Source of the DNA: an uncultured bacterium
Lineage (GTDB): Bacteria; Fidelibacterota; Marinisomatia; Marinisomatales; AB-629-J13
Assembly (NCBI GenBank): GCA_964518835.1
Contig: CAZFKU010000001.1
Coordinates: 19,923 to 83,922, forward strand
Length of the DNA: 64,000 nucleotides
Direction of reading: 5' to 3'
The position numbers were made by a program, and so were the translations under genes. This document shows, one piece after another, positions 47,640 through 58,270 of this stretch (positions within the stretch are counted from its first letter, which is position 1; each line of letters starts with the position of its first letter). The notes below the pieces were generated by a model that did not search any database, was not told the origin of the DNA, and saw nothing but the letters and a program-made list of their open reading frames with translations.

Positions 47640-50072
47640 TTATTTTATGAGCATCAATTTATCAACTTTAGAAAAATTCCCTGATTGCAAATGTATAAAA
47701 TACACCCCGCTGGCAAACTTTTTTGCATTCCATTGAACACTGTGATTTCCGGAGGAAAGTTTTTCATTTACTAGGGTTTCAACCAATCGTCCCTGAATAT
47801 CATAAATATGTAGAGACGTTGCATACACCGTCTTTACATCAGGAATTGCGAACCGGATCGTTGAAGAAGGATTGAAAGGATTTGGATGGGCTGGAAAAAG
47901 GGTGAACTCTGTGGGTGTTTGGGGAGAGATGGATTTTCTTAAAATCAGTTCAGTCACATTTCCTGTAATTTCAATTACTCCGGTTTCAGTCAAAGTGAAT
48001 TCTTCGCCGGTTTTTTCATGTACCAACATCCAAACAGGAGTACCTTGAGAAGATTTAGAACCTTCGAAAGGAATTATATTATAAGATAGGAACAAATCTT
48101 GGCCAGAACTCATTACTTCAATCACACATTCTTCTATTGTACAGAGTTTGGTGTCTCCCGAAAAACGAATATCCGTTCCTTCAACTGGTGGTTTTGGCGG
48201 TAGAGAAAAACTCAATTTTTCTGTTTTCGATAAAATGGAATTTCCAAAATAAAGTGTTTTACCATTGATGGAAATATTATTCAAATCTTCTTGCTTTTTT
48301 TCCAAATATTGGAAATGTGAAACATTTTCATTCCATCCAATAGATAATGATATTTCACCACTACCAAATGAACGTATCCAGTACCCATATCCCGGTGCCA
48401 GAGAATTTGACTCAATGTAACCGGATGCATCATATCCAAATAATGTATTTGGGACGATTAGCGAATCAGGATCGTAAACCCAACTGACAGGAACTTCACC
48501 GCTGGGTCCGGCAATTAAGTTCCATCCTTCCGACAAAGAAATTGTTATTTCATTAATATTATTTCCTGACACAGTAGTTGAATCACTGTTGTCAAACCTG
48601 AGCCAATATCCCGATCCGGGAATGAATATTTCTGTGAGGTAATAACTGTCAGTAAATCCGTATAGGGTTTCTTCCACACTGGATGGGAATACAGATATCT
48701 GGGACGGATCATCCAAATTGACGGAAAGCCCAACCAGATTCCAGCCAGATATCAGAGTCACATTGTATTCCGTCCCTCCCCCACTTATTTCAAATGAGGT
48801 CATAGATTCATCATAATCCATACCATCATTAAAATTAGCAGAAACTTCATAAGACCCTGAACCCAAGGAAACCTCAATTTCAAATAATGATCCATCACTG
48901 TATGAGTGATCATAAGAAATCATATTGCCTGATAATATTTCACTCCCATTTTGAGAAATTGAATATTCCGGGGATAGGGGGAAATGATTGTCATCATCAG
49001 TGTATTCTGTTTGCAGATGTACTAAAGTGATTCCCGCTGAATCTCCAACAATTTCATACGTTAAGGGTGATAATTGCGGCGGGGTATTTACACCAATTTC
49101 ATAGGATTGAAAATCCGGATTCAAAAAAGCCGGATTGGTCTGATCTCCGATAGTCATATCAGTAAAACTTGCCGCAACTGTAAGACCGGTTATAATCACC
49201 GCTTCAAATTCATTGGGCCATTCTCCAAAATCCGGATCGTTAAAAATATCATCCATATTCACTGCCATATAAAGATTATTACCGTTAATCGAATATTCAA
49301 TGCTTGCAATAAATTCAGGGAAATCTGCTCCCAATTGAAACTTCCACACTCCGGGATAAAGTAGTCCAAATCCTCCATCTCCGTATCCAATACCGTACAA
49401 ACTTGAATCAGGATCTTCAGGATTTAATAATCCAACAACATACAGGTACCATGGTCCAAAAAAATCACCTGTGGGGAATCCTCCCCCTGCATTTTGCAGG
49501 TGAACATGGATCCTATCATCGCTTATTGCAACACTCACATTCTGAATATCCAAACTCTGGTTTCCTGTAGCTTCGTCACCAATTTCATCTTCACAGGCTT
49601 CTACATACCACGATGCAGGTACGTTATCATTTTCATTATAGGGACTTTGAGTAATGGTCATATCCTGATCATCAAACGTAATATCTGCCTGAAATCCGGT
49701 GTGTAAATAGCCCGATGATGTAGTTTGAGTTTCAGCTTCAAAGGTATTTTCATATCCGGGAGTCCCCAAATAATAGGCATCTGAAACTGTGTAATTATTT
49801 CCATCTCCATTAAAAATAAATGCTTCTATTGGTCCTGCATTTAAAATAGTATCTGGGATGTCCGCATGATGGTACATGACACTATTTGGTGCAGGTGCAG
49901 TGGTTGAAACACCCAATAATTCTGCAAAATCACGGTTTTGTTGAAGGAAATTTAATGGAGGTAATGTCACCTGCCGTGCATCCAATGGAATTCGCAAATT
50001 TTGGGTAGAATTATTTTCCTTTGCAAAAAGAAAAATTGATAGAGTTGAAATAAAGAAAAACAACTTTTTCAT
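47640..50072 (-). CDS. secreted protein of unknown function with shared cassette and T9SS sorting domain
   Basis: 810 aa. Signal peptide MKKLFFFISTLSIFLFA, an N-terminal region of about 434 aa with no motif I recognise, cassette at 47640-48770, HPNPFNP...LMLIK tail. Confidence 0.75.
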   Translation of the reverse strand: MKKLFFFISTLSIFLFAKENNSTQNLRIPLDARQVTLPPLNFLQQNRDFAELLGVSTTAPAPNSVMYHHADIPDTILNAGPIEAFIFNGDGNNYTVSDAYYLGTPGYENTFEAETQTTSSGYLHTGFQADITFDDQDMTITQSPYNENDNVPASWYVEACEDEIGDEATGNQSLDIQNVSVAISDDRIHVHLQNAGGGFPTGDFFGPWYLYVVGLLNPEDPDSSLYGIGYGDGGFGLLYPGVWKFQLGADFPEFIASIEYSINGNNLYMAVNMDDIFNDPDFGEWPNEFEAVIITGLTVAASFTDMTIGDQTNPAFLNPDFQSYEIGVNTPPQLSPLTYEIVGDSAGITLVHLQTEYTDDDNHFPLSPEYSISQNGSEILSGNMISYDHSYSDGSLFEIEVSLGSGSYEVSANFNDGMDYDESMTSFEISGGGTEYNVTLISGWNLVGLSVNLDDPSQISVFPSSVEETLYGFTDSYYLTEIFIPGSGYWLRFDNSDSTTVSGNNINEITISLSEGWNLIAGPSGEVPVSWVYDPDSLIVPNTLFGYDASGYIESNSLAPGYGYWIRSFGSGEISLSIGWNENVSHFQYLEKKQEDLNNISINGKTLYFGNSILSKTEKLSFSLPPKPPVEGTDIRFSGDTKLCTIEECVIEVMSSGQDLFLSYNIIPFEGSKSSQGTPVWMLVHEKTGEEFTLTETGVIEITGNVTELILRKSISPQTPTEFTLFPAHPNPFNPSSTIRFAIPDVKTVYATSLHIYDIQGRLVETLVNEKLSSGNHSVQWNAKKFASGVYFIHLQSGNFSKVDKLMLIK

Positions 50073-50139
50073 TTTAAGTCTCCAGGTATTTTTTAAATAA
50101 ATGTTATAAATAATTGAGAGAAATCTAACTCAGCCTACA

Positions 50140-52836
50140 TTATTTTAAAAGAACGCATTTACCGCTGAGTGTTTTTCCTCCTGCACTAACTTTGTACAGG
50201 TAAATTCCAGATGAAACAATCTCATGGTTTGAATCCGTTCCGTTCCACTCTACTTGATGAATTCCCTCCGATTGGTGCCCGTTTACCAATGTTATTATTT
50301 TTTCCCCTTTTAAATTGATGATATCAATTTGGACAGTTTCTTTTCCATTTACATAATATTGAATGGAGGTTTTATTATTAAACGGATTAGGAAAATTTTG
50401 GATCAGGGTGAATTCCTCAGGAATTTCTTTTGATTTCAGCAATGTGAAAAACTGTGATGTGTTTGGTAAATCCACAGTTTCTCCCTCATTTACTCTAATA
50501 AGATTCCCTGATTCATCCTTCAAAATAATACTCTCATTTCTACCATTTGAATGAAAAGTGACATTAAGTTTTCCACTATTATTTAATACATGGATTGTCT
50601 GATTCTCCATGGGGATTTTCCAATCTCCACTGTAACGTATATCAAATTCCATTCCGCTGAATCGGGGAGGTAAGCTGAAGGAATAATTTAATTTTTCATC
50701 CTCAGGAATTTTTAAATAAATTTCTGCTGACAATTCTCCGTTCGAAAACACAAGGTTCTCCTCGGGAAATTGTATTGTCTGTTCAACTATTTCTTTCATT
50801 AACCAAGAATCGGTTGAAAGAAAAATATTTCCATCATGCATAACTCTTGCCCAATAACCTCTTCCCGGAATGATGTAATCTGCATTCACATACGTTCCTT
50901 CAAATCCATAAACTGTTCCCGGATAAACTATGCTTGAACTGTACAATGCATTTACAGGAATGAGTGTAGAGATTCCGGAAATTAGATTCCATCCACCCAC
51001 AACAGGAATATTAATTTCAGAGAGGTGAATTCCTTCAAAAACGACTTCTGTGTTTTCAGTGAATCTTAATAAATATCCCACTCCTTCGGTTAAATATTCT
51101 TCAGAAATATACATTCCATCAAAACTGTACAATGATCCAGAATAAATTGAATTAAATAAAATTTGATAATGGGAATCTTCTACTGACAAAGGTAATCCTG
51201 CCATATTCCAGCCTTCATTGTAATTGACCGGAATTGGAAAATCACCAGCTTCATGATGATGATAAAAAGCACCCATGTCCAATCGTGTTCCATCAGGGTC
51301 TCTGTCATCAGGATCAATTTCCCAGGTGAATCCGTCTCCATCCAAATCAGGGTGACCTGTGTCAATGCAGGGGGAGGGAATTTCTAGGTTGTAGTTGTTA
51401 AAATAAGGGTCACTGAAATTTGGGTCTTCAAAATTATTCCCATCTCCCCAGTTTATTTCCAAATCATATTCATTATTGATATCTTCTTCATTAAAATCCA
51501 AATTATTATATAAAAATGTTATTTGGCTGGATGGATGTAAATTATAGTAAGTTAATGTTTCTTCCAATAGATGTTCACGAATGATTGAATTAATTATTTT
51601 TATGTCAAAGTATCCTCTAATGTGAAGGAAAGATGAACTATTATTAATTATTGTAGAATTAACAACTTCTACACTCGAATCCCATAAATATATTGCACCT
51701 CCATAACCTGACTCATTTTCATATATAAGGCAATTGGATAATGAGAAATTATTTCCCGGTAAAGCTCTTATTGCTCCGCCTCCGTATTCAGCATAATTAT
51801 TTGAAAATATAGAATTTGAAATATCTGGATGGGAATTATCATGTAGAGTGATTCCACCTCCATCTGCCATAGAAATATTATTCAAAATGATTACATTTCT
51901 GATTATTGGACTTGCTTCAAAACAATAAATTCCTCCTCCGTGATTGGTTAAATTATCATATATAATTAAATGTTCTAATAAAGGAGAAGAATATTCACAA
52001 TGAATTCCTCCACCATGGGTTGCAAAACCGTTGGTAACTGTAAAACCAATTAAAATTGCATTTAAATTTTCATTATTGTTAAAGGTAACACCAGATCCAG
52101 CTTCATCTCCATCAATGATAGTTTGCGAAATATAGGAAGTATCCTGTGTTGTTAAAAATAGTGAACCGACGATAATATTTTTCCCGTTAAAATTAATATT
52201 TTCAACATAAGTTCCGGGACTTACCAAAACCGTATCTCCATCAAAAGCGGCATCAATCCCCGCTTGGATGGTGGGATAATCATGAGGAACCGTAATGAGA
52301 TTGTACTGGGGTGGGTCTCTCAATTCCAGAATTAAGTTTTTGATGTAGGTGAAATCTTCCGGGCTATTCGGGTCATAAGGAGTGATATTAAAAGATGTAT
52401 CAATTTCTCCCATAGTATTTAAAAAGAAAACAGTTCGTTGAACGGCTTCCCAATCTGTCCAAACAGGATATCCTTCCGCTTCATGATCCTGAGTCCAGGG
52501 AAGAATTCTACCATTGATCATCTGGTCAAGGTATTCAGAGTACTGGTCTTTTCCCACCCCAATGATGTGGACATCCTCAATACCGTCTTCCAGAAAGGAA
52601 AGATAAATTTCGTTCAGGAAACCGAACCGGCTTCGGCAGACTCCTCAGGATTCGTGACCGAAAAATATGACACAGACTTCCCCTATGTAAAGAGATGGTC
52701 CGATTATGTTGCCATAGGTTTCTGAATTTGGATTTACATCTTCAAGAAAAAATGGATCTTGGGAAAATGAAAGAGCACCAAAAAAAAGTGGAATCCAGAT
52801 AAAATATTTCTTCATGGCGATATGAAGTTTATCCAC
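50140..52836 (-). CDS. secreted redoxin (TlpA-like thioredoxin fold, candidate selenocysteine UxxC) + right-handed beta-helix protein with shared cassette and T9SS sorting domain
   Basis: Track ORFs 52645-52836 and 50140-52557 are in frame (87 nt apart) and separated only by the TGA at 52645-52647. The likely start is MKKYFIWIPLFFGALSFSQ at 52815. The redoxin motif is FFGHES-TGA-GVCR. Beta-helix repeats (GGGI..., NNISMADGGG), the SPCIDTGHP cap, cassette at 50140-51240, FPNPFNN...CVLLK tail. Confidence 0.6.
52617..52644 (-). promoter_or_regulatory. SECIS-like stem-loop directly 3' of the in-frame UGA
   Basis: mRNA is UGA GGAGUCUGCCGAAGCCGGUUCGGUUUCC. Lower stem is GGA/UCC. Upper stem is GCCGAA/UUCGGU (6 bp including one G.U) with loop GCCGG. 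Confidence 0.45.
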
Positions 52837-52888
52837 AAGAAGTGTGTAAAGTCAACATGGGTGTGATATCCATCACATGCCAAATTAT

Positions 52889-53701
52889 TCATCTTTTTTT
52901 TATCCGTTTTCTGCTCAAATTCACAACACCAAATTTTCGCACCACAAAATTACCAAATTCCGATGAGAAAACATTTAAGGCAAGCAGTGGTTTCATGGGT
53001 CCTTTATTCACAATAATCTCTCCTTTCCCCGTTTTGATTGCTTTCAATACTGCATCTGCAACATCCTGCGGAGCGGAAGTCCCAAGTAATTTTGGAGCTT
53101 TCTGTCCACCATCAAAAAACATTCCAGCTGAATCAATATATCCCGGCATAATTGTGGAAACTGAAACATTTGTATCGTGTAATTCCTGCCGTAAACCATC
53201 TCCCCACTTGATCAACCCCGCTTTGGATGCGGAATAGATTGAATTGTAGGCAACTCCTTTTCTACCGGCTAATGAAGCAATGTTAATGATATTTCCTGAT
53301 TCTCTTTTCAGCATTTTAGGTAAAAGCAATCGGGTAAGTTCCATGGGAGCCAATAGATTCACATTTATTATAGATTGAATTGTTTTGAGGCAATTATCAG
53401 AATAATTACTGTATTTTTCAATTCCGGCATTATTCACCAGAATATCAATTCCATCCGCAAAAACTGATTCTACCATTTGAACTAAATCGCTAATATTTTG
53501 TGGTTCATTCAAATCAAATGAAATTGTTTTGATTTTTCCACCCGAATCGTGAACTTCCTTTTCAACCTTTTTCAATCCATTTTCGGAACGGGCAACTCCA
53601 ACGACCTCTGCTCCTTCCATTGCCAGAGTTTGCACAATATAAGTTCCAATTCCTCTGGAGGAACCGGTGACTAATGCAGTTTTCCCATCTAACTTTTTCA
53701 T
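52889..53701 (-). CDS. short-chain dehydrogenase/reductase (SDR) family oxidoreductase
   Basis: Start MKKLDGKTALVTGSSRGIG at 53701 (track start 53773). Motifs NNAG and YSASKAGL. Confidence 0.88.
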   Translation of the reverse strand: MKKLDGKTALVTGSSRGIGTYIVQTLAMEGAEVVGVARSENGLKKVEKEVHDSGGKIKTISFDLNEPQNISDLVQMVESVFADGIDILVNNAGIEKYSNYSDNCLKTIQSIINVNLLAPMELTRLLLPKMLKRESGNIINIASLAGRKGVAYNSIYSASKAGLIKWGDGLRQELHDTNVSVSTIMPGYIDSAGMFFDGGQKAPKLLGTSAPQDVADAVLKAIKTGKGEIIVNKGPMKPLLALNVFSSEFGNFVVRKFGVVNLSRKRIKKR

Positions 53702-53723
53702 ATTTTTCTCCAGATAATTTAGA

Positions 53724-56333
53724 TTAACGAATGATTGGAAAATTGAGACGAATATAATAGTTCCATTTTCCATTCTGACTTAAAACCGCTCCTGCTACTG
53801 GACTAAAACGAAGAAATCCCATGGAAATACTGGTTTCTAAAAAAGATTCCGCACCGATCGAAGCAAGGTATTTTCCCTGTTCTCCAATAAGGTAGTCCAC
53901 AAATATTTTTCCATTTATATCTTCAAAATACAGATTTACTTTCCAGAACCCTTTTCTCAATTTCATGAGTTGAAAGGTATAACTGGGAGTAATTCCTATA
54001 GCATAAGAGGATTTTATATTTCCTGTACCACGTGTTGTAAAATTTATTTTATACATTGATTGCCATTGGAATCTTGTATCCATCCTAAAATAACCATAAT
54101 TATTTTTCTGGGTTGAGGATATCCTGAATGATATCCCGTAATTGTTCCCGGGGTCTTCACTTGAAAAATAAATGGGAAGTCCCATTGAAATCAGAACCTT
54201 TCTTAAAGGATATCCATAATATAAAATTATCCCCGGAGTCAAAACCCTGTCAGTAAATTCCGCTCCACCAAAATAGGAGTTTCCGCTCAGAGTAACCGAA
54301 GGTTTCCCTGGTTTTGAGGTTACAATTAACGGATATGAGCCGGTAAAAGAAAAAACATCCGTGTAATCTGTATATCCATGAAAATAAAAAGGTGACCATT
54401 TGTTAATGGATAATCCTGTAGTCATTGAAACTGGTTTGTCTTCAATTGGAAAATTAACTAACGAGGAATATCTAAAATGAGTTAAAACATCAGATCCCTT
54501 GAATAAAAATCCGGGAGTCATCCTGAACTGATTGAAATAAGGTGTTCGTAAATAGGGTTTAAACAATTTATTATAGACAGAATAATCCACTTTTTTCTTT
54601 GAAACAGGATGTGAATTTATGATTGTCTCTTCAGTCTTATTTTTTGGGATATCAACTTGTTTAAATTCCGAATTGCTGACAAAAATATCCTCTCCAGTTT
54701 CTGTTAAACTGATGAAATATAACGAACTATCTATCACGGTTCCACGTTGGGAAAATCCTGTATCTGTCAATTGATAAAAATCTCCACTCTTTAAATCGTA
54801 ACCAAAAATGGAAATCATTTTGTTATAATTAGCTGTGTAGATTAACATTTCTTTGTAAATACTTAATTCAGTTTCTGTCCAATTGTTATCAGTTATATGT
54901 TTAAGACTCATGTCATCTCGATTCAATTCATATATATTAAAATGTTGATTTAAGCCTTTCCCGGATAGAAAAAATTGCCCTCCTTTTGAGATCATTTCAG
55001 ATATTTGAATCGGAATATCACCTAAATAATTTGATTCTTCATAATTAAAACTCCACAGTTGTGAGCCAAATTTGTTTCTCATATCCTTTGAATAGATAAT
55101 TTCTCCCTCTGGATAAATACAAAAGGAGCGGAAATTATCTGTAAAAATCTCTTTTCGTTTTTCACTATTGATATCCAATTCATAAAGAACAGAGTTTGTG
55201 CCAAAACTACCGTTTGTAGTGTTTGCGAATCCTTTTCCCGATTCTGTTGTGCTGAAGTAAATTTTCTCATTCACTATCCTCAGTGGAGCATTGATCCACT
55301 GTTTTAATTCACAGATTGTTTTTTCAGTTTTACTAACCGGGTCGAATTTGACCAATCGGAAAAATGGAACATCCTTTTTAGAATAAATCATTTTCATATA
55401 GTAAATATTTTTTTTCCAAGCTATTACATATTTTTTATACCAGCCGTCAAATGTTAACCTCTCTCCTGCCCAATCCCACTCCCGGTAATGTTCTCTCATT
55501 TCATCTTTCCAAGTGCTGTAAAGATCATTTGAAACTCCTCCATATATTTTTTTCATGGATCTGTCAATAACAAAATTTGGAAATGTTGTACCAAAGATTG
55601 GAGCCCACCAATAGGAACTTATTTCAGTAATGAATTCTTTAATTGAACTTTTACCGTAAGAGTTTGACAAATAATTGAGGAAAGAACCACCAATATAATA
55701 TTCGTCATTATGAGAATAATAGGAATTTGGTGAATGAGTTAATTCGTTGATATTTGGCAGGATATCATATTTTGTCTGAGTGGCGATCATTGCTTCCGTC
55801 CATCCACTATTTAACATTCCTTCATTTGCAAACAAATTTGATTCGGTTGTCATGGCAATCCCTTCCACTGACCAATCCGGTAAAAAACCGTTTGGTTGGA
55901 GAAATGGACCGAAAATGGAAACAGATTTTCCTGCAAAACCGGTAGAACCGTTTATGTGCGATGCATGAGAAAATTCATGCAGTCCTGTTGACCTGATTTG
56001 ATTTGGTGTAAAATTCCCTAGAAAATCGGATGAATACGGTGAAACATATTGATGAATAACAGATTCTACAGGGGAAAACCAGGCGCTGGATATAAATCCT
56101 CCCTCTTCCAGAATATATGTTGTTTTTCCAGGGTCATTTCCTTGAGTCTCAACGACCTTTTCCCGATACATCTCCAAATTGGTTATGAGATGATTTGCAT
56201 CCCAGTCAAGCTCCTGAGGAAAATACACAGAAAAATGATCGCTTTCATAAACCCACCATTCCGTATTTAATTGTGCAAATCCTTGTGCAAGAATTACGAT
56301 GAAAAATAGAAATGTTCGAAATATTTTATGCAA
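53724..56333 (-). CDS. secreted HExxH-motif protein with beta-propeller-like middle and beta-rich C-terminal region
   Basis: 869 aa. Signal peptide MHKIFRTFLFFIVILAQGFA. HEFSH at 55965-55979. The middle has TolB/PD40-like repeated segments. The C-terminal ~300 aa has an alternating, beta-barrel-like pattern. Confidence 0.6.
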   Translation of the reverse strand: MHKIFRTFLFFIVILAQGFAQLNTEWWVYESDHFSVYFPQELDWDANHLITNLEMYREKVVETQGNDPGKTTYILEEGGFISSAWFSPVESVIHQYVSPYSSDFLGNFTPNQIRSTGLHEFSHASHINGSTGFAGKSVSIFGPFLQPNGFLPDWSVEGIAMTTESNLFANEGMLNSGWTEAMIATQTKYDILPNINELTHSPNSYYSHNDEYYIGGSFLNYLSNSYGKSSIKEFITEISSYWWAPIFGTTFPNFVIDRSMKKIYGGVSNDLYSTWKDEMREHYREWDWAGERLTFDGWYKKYVIAWKKNIYYMKMIYSKKDVPFFRLVKFDPVSKTEKTICELKQWINAPLRIVNEKIYFSTTESGKGFANTTNGSFGTNSVLYELDINSEKRKEIFTDNFRSFCIYPEGEIIYSKDMRNKFGSQLWSFNYEESNYLGDIPIQISEMISKGGQFFLSGKGLNQHFNIYELNRDDMSLKHITDNNWTETELSIYKEMLIYTANYNKMISIFGYDLKSGDFYQLTDTGFSQRGTVIDSSLYFISLTETGEDIFVSNSEFKQVDIPKNKTEETIINSHPVSKKKVDYSVYNKLFKPYLRTPYFNQFRMTPGFLFKGSDVLTHFRYSSLVNFPIEDKPVSMTTGLSINKWSPFYFHGYTDYTDVFSFTGSYPLIVTSKPGKPSVTLSGNSYFGGAEFTDRVLTPGIILYYGYPLRKVLISMGLPIYFSSEDPGNNYGISFRISSTQKNNYGYFRMDTRFQWQSMYKINFTTRGTGNIKSSYAIGITPSYTFQLMKLRKGFWKVNLYFEDINGKIFVDYLIGEQGKYLASIGAESFLETSISMGFLRFSPVAGAVLSQNGKWNYYIRLNFPIIR

Positions 56334-57216
56334 CTATTTCGGTTTGAATTAAATTTTTTATGATTCTTATATGTTTAGGAGACGACCCGCAGCAGGCACC
56401 AATAACATCCGGTTTTTCTATCAGGATTTCCTTTAGATATTTTTTCCAATTTTCATCAGAAATAATATGATTAATTTTTCCGTCAGGTTCAGGATTTTCA
56501 ATTCCCATATTTGGATACACACCCCACGACCTGTCCCAATTTTGTTTTAGTCCTTGAATTGCATTCATCGTGAGTTGAATTGTGTTACAATTTAAGAGGA
56601 GAATTTCAATAGCACTTGTTGATAATTTGTCCAAAATATTATCCAAAGGATGTCCGTCTAAAAGATGAGTTTCATCCTTTAAAATTAAACTGAACCAAAC
56701 AGGCAAATCGCAATTAATTACCGATTTAATTGCACATGATAATTCCCGAAAATTACCCATGGTTTCAAAAAGGATAATGTCAACTTTTGATTCCTGAAAC
56801 CAACTTAATATCGGCTCAATTGAATAATTAAATTGAGTTTCCCCGGGAAATAATTCCGGTGAATAACAATCTTCTATGGGAGCAATACTTCCGGCGATTA
56901 ATTGATTACCGGAAACAGTTTGTTTCGCAAGTGATACTGCTTTTTTCAGATTATCTTTGGCTTTCAGCAGTGCATCCCTTTTTGAGAATCCCGCTTTTTG
57001 ATATGCATAGGGTGTCGATCTGAATGTATTCGTTATTAAGACATCAGCACCTGCATGACTATAATCCTTATGAATATTAAAAATACATTCACGGTGGGTA
57101 TCATTAGCAACTGCTGACCAAAGCGGCAGTGGCAGATCAATTTCCAACCGGAGAAGTTCTGTACCCATTGCTCCATCCAAAATCAGAGGATGATATGATG
57201 CTTCTCTATTGTTCAT
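56326..57216 (-). CDS. homocysteine S-methyltransferase family protein
   Basis: It has LILDGAMGTEL, PLWSA, HKDYSHAGADVLITNTF and a C-terminal zinc-site GACCGSSP. The ATG at 57216 is preferred over the track start at 57258. Confidence 0.85.
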   Translation of the reverse strand: MNNREASYHPLILDGAMGTELLRLEIDLPLPLWSAVANDTHRECIFNIHKDYSHAGADVLITNTFRSTPYAYQKAGFSKRDALLKAKDNLKKAVSLAKQTVSGNQLIAGSIAPIEDCYSPELFPGETQFNYSIEPILSWFQESKVDIILFETMGNFRELSCAIKSVINCDLPVWFSLILKDETHLLDGHPLDNILDKLSTSAIEILLLNCNTIQLTMNAIQGLKQNWDRSWGVYPNMGIENPEPDGKINHIISDENWKKYLKEILIEKPDVIGACCGSSPKHIRIIKNLIQTEIVA

Positions 57217-58270
57217 TTTTCCAAAAATGTACTTTTTCCATTGGGATATAGTTTTCAATCATTTTTTTAATTTCAGTGTTGATTTCAGCCTGTACAGTTT
57301 TTGTTGGTTCGATAATACCATTGGAACGATTCCAATTTTGATAAAATAGATCAGAATTTGGTTTCTGTGAACGAATTCGATGAAAGTAATCTGTGTTCAT
57401 CCGAAATACGCCTATAACCATGTCCATTATCTGATTTTGGCTAATCCTTGAAAATACTTGGTCGAACAAATTCTTATAAATAGAAACCCAGTTTTCGACA
57501 TACAAAATTGGGTCTATACAAAGCCTTACCTTCCATCCTTTTGAAATAATAAACTCAATGACATCCAATCGTTTTTCTAATGAAGGTGTGAATTTTTCGT
57601 ATTGTTGGCGAATTTCATTTGGCGTCAATGTCCAGGCAAAAATGATATTGGAATGTGGACGGATGTGCTTCAATGAATTGACATTGGCACATTTTGACCG
57701 AATTTCAACCAGCAGATTTCTTTTATTTCGGGAAAATTCAATCCAATTTTTGCAGAAAGGGATTTTATTTTCAAATGCTAATAAGTCATTATTATATGCA
57801 ATGGATAACACCAGAGGTTCATCAATAAATTCACGTGCCTTAATTCCTTTATCAACTTCAGCGAAAAATTCAGATTCATTCACAAATGCCACCAAATTTG
57901 CCGAAGGATACATTCCTTGTAAAAAACAGTAATCACAATGATAGACGCAATTGATCAGCGGTGTTGTATAGAACAGGTTTCGATAGTGAGTATCCTGTAG
58001 AATATCTGTCCCTTTATAGAGAAATGGTGGTTTTTTGATTCCTAAAATTAGTTTTTTTGACTTCTGTTGGCTAAATATATTTTGATTTGGCCGATTAAAA
58101 ATTGATTTGTAATCGTCAATCTCAATAATCTTTGCATGGGGAAACGCAGACAGTGCAATATCTGTCAATTTCCTGTTTTTAGCTCCTTCCTCTAAATAAA
58201 TATGAGAAAATTCAGGTTGAAAGTACGGAGCAGATCTTTTTGAATATTTCGTTGCGGTGATGTTTGTCAT
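57206..58270 (-). CDS. spore-photoproduct-lyase-family radical SAM protein
   Basis: 354 aa. CX3CX2C cluster in INCVYHCDYCFLQGMY. The overall layout resembles the SplB family (N-terminal IYLEEGA..., KKLILG...). Confidence 0.78.
   Translation of the reverse strand: MTNITATKYSKRSAPYFQPEFSHIYLEEGAKNRKLTDIALSAFPHAKIIEIDDYKSIFNRPNQNIFSQQKSKKLILGIKKPPFLYKGTDILQDTHYRNLFYTTPLINCVYHCDYCFLQGMYPSANLVAFVNESEFFAEVDKGIKAREFIDEPLVLSIAYNNDLLAFENKIPFCKNWIEFSRNKRNLLVEIRSKCANVNSLKHIRPHSNIIFAWTLTPNEIRQQYEKFTPSLEKRLDVIEFIISKGWKVRLCIDPILYVENWVSIYKNLFDQVFSRISQNQIMDMVIGVFRMNTDYFHRIRSQKPNSDLFYQNWNRSNGIIEPTKTVQAEINTEIKKMIENYIPMEKVHFWKNEQ

Noticed and set aside
52860-52885. Imperfect hairpin TGTGAT-atcc-ATCACA after the SDR gene
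   Set aside because: The stem is only 6 bp and no T-run follows it on the transcribed strand. This is not convincing as a terminator.
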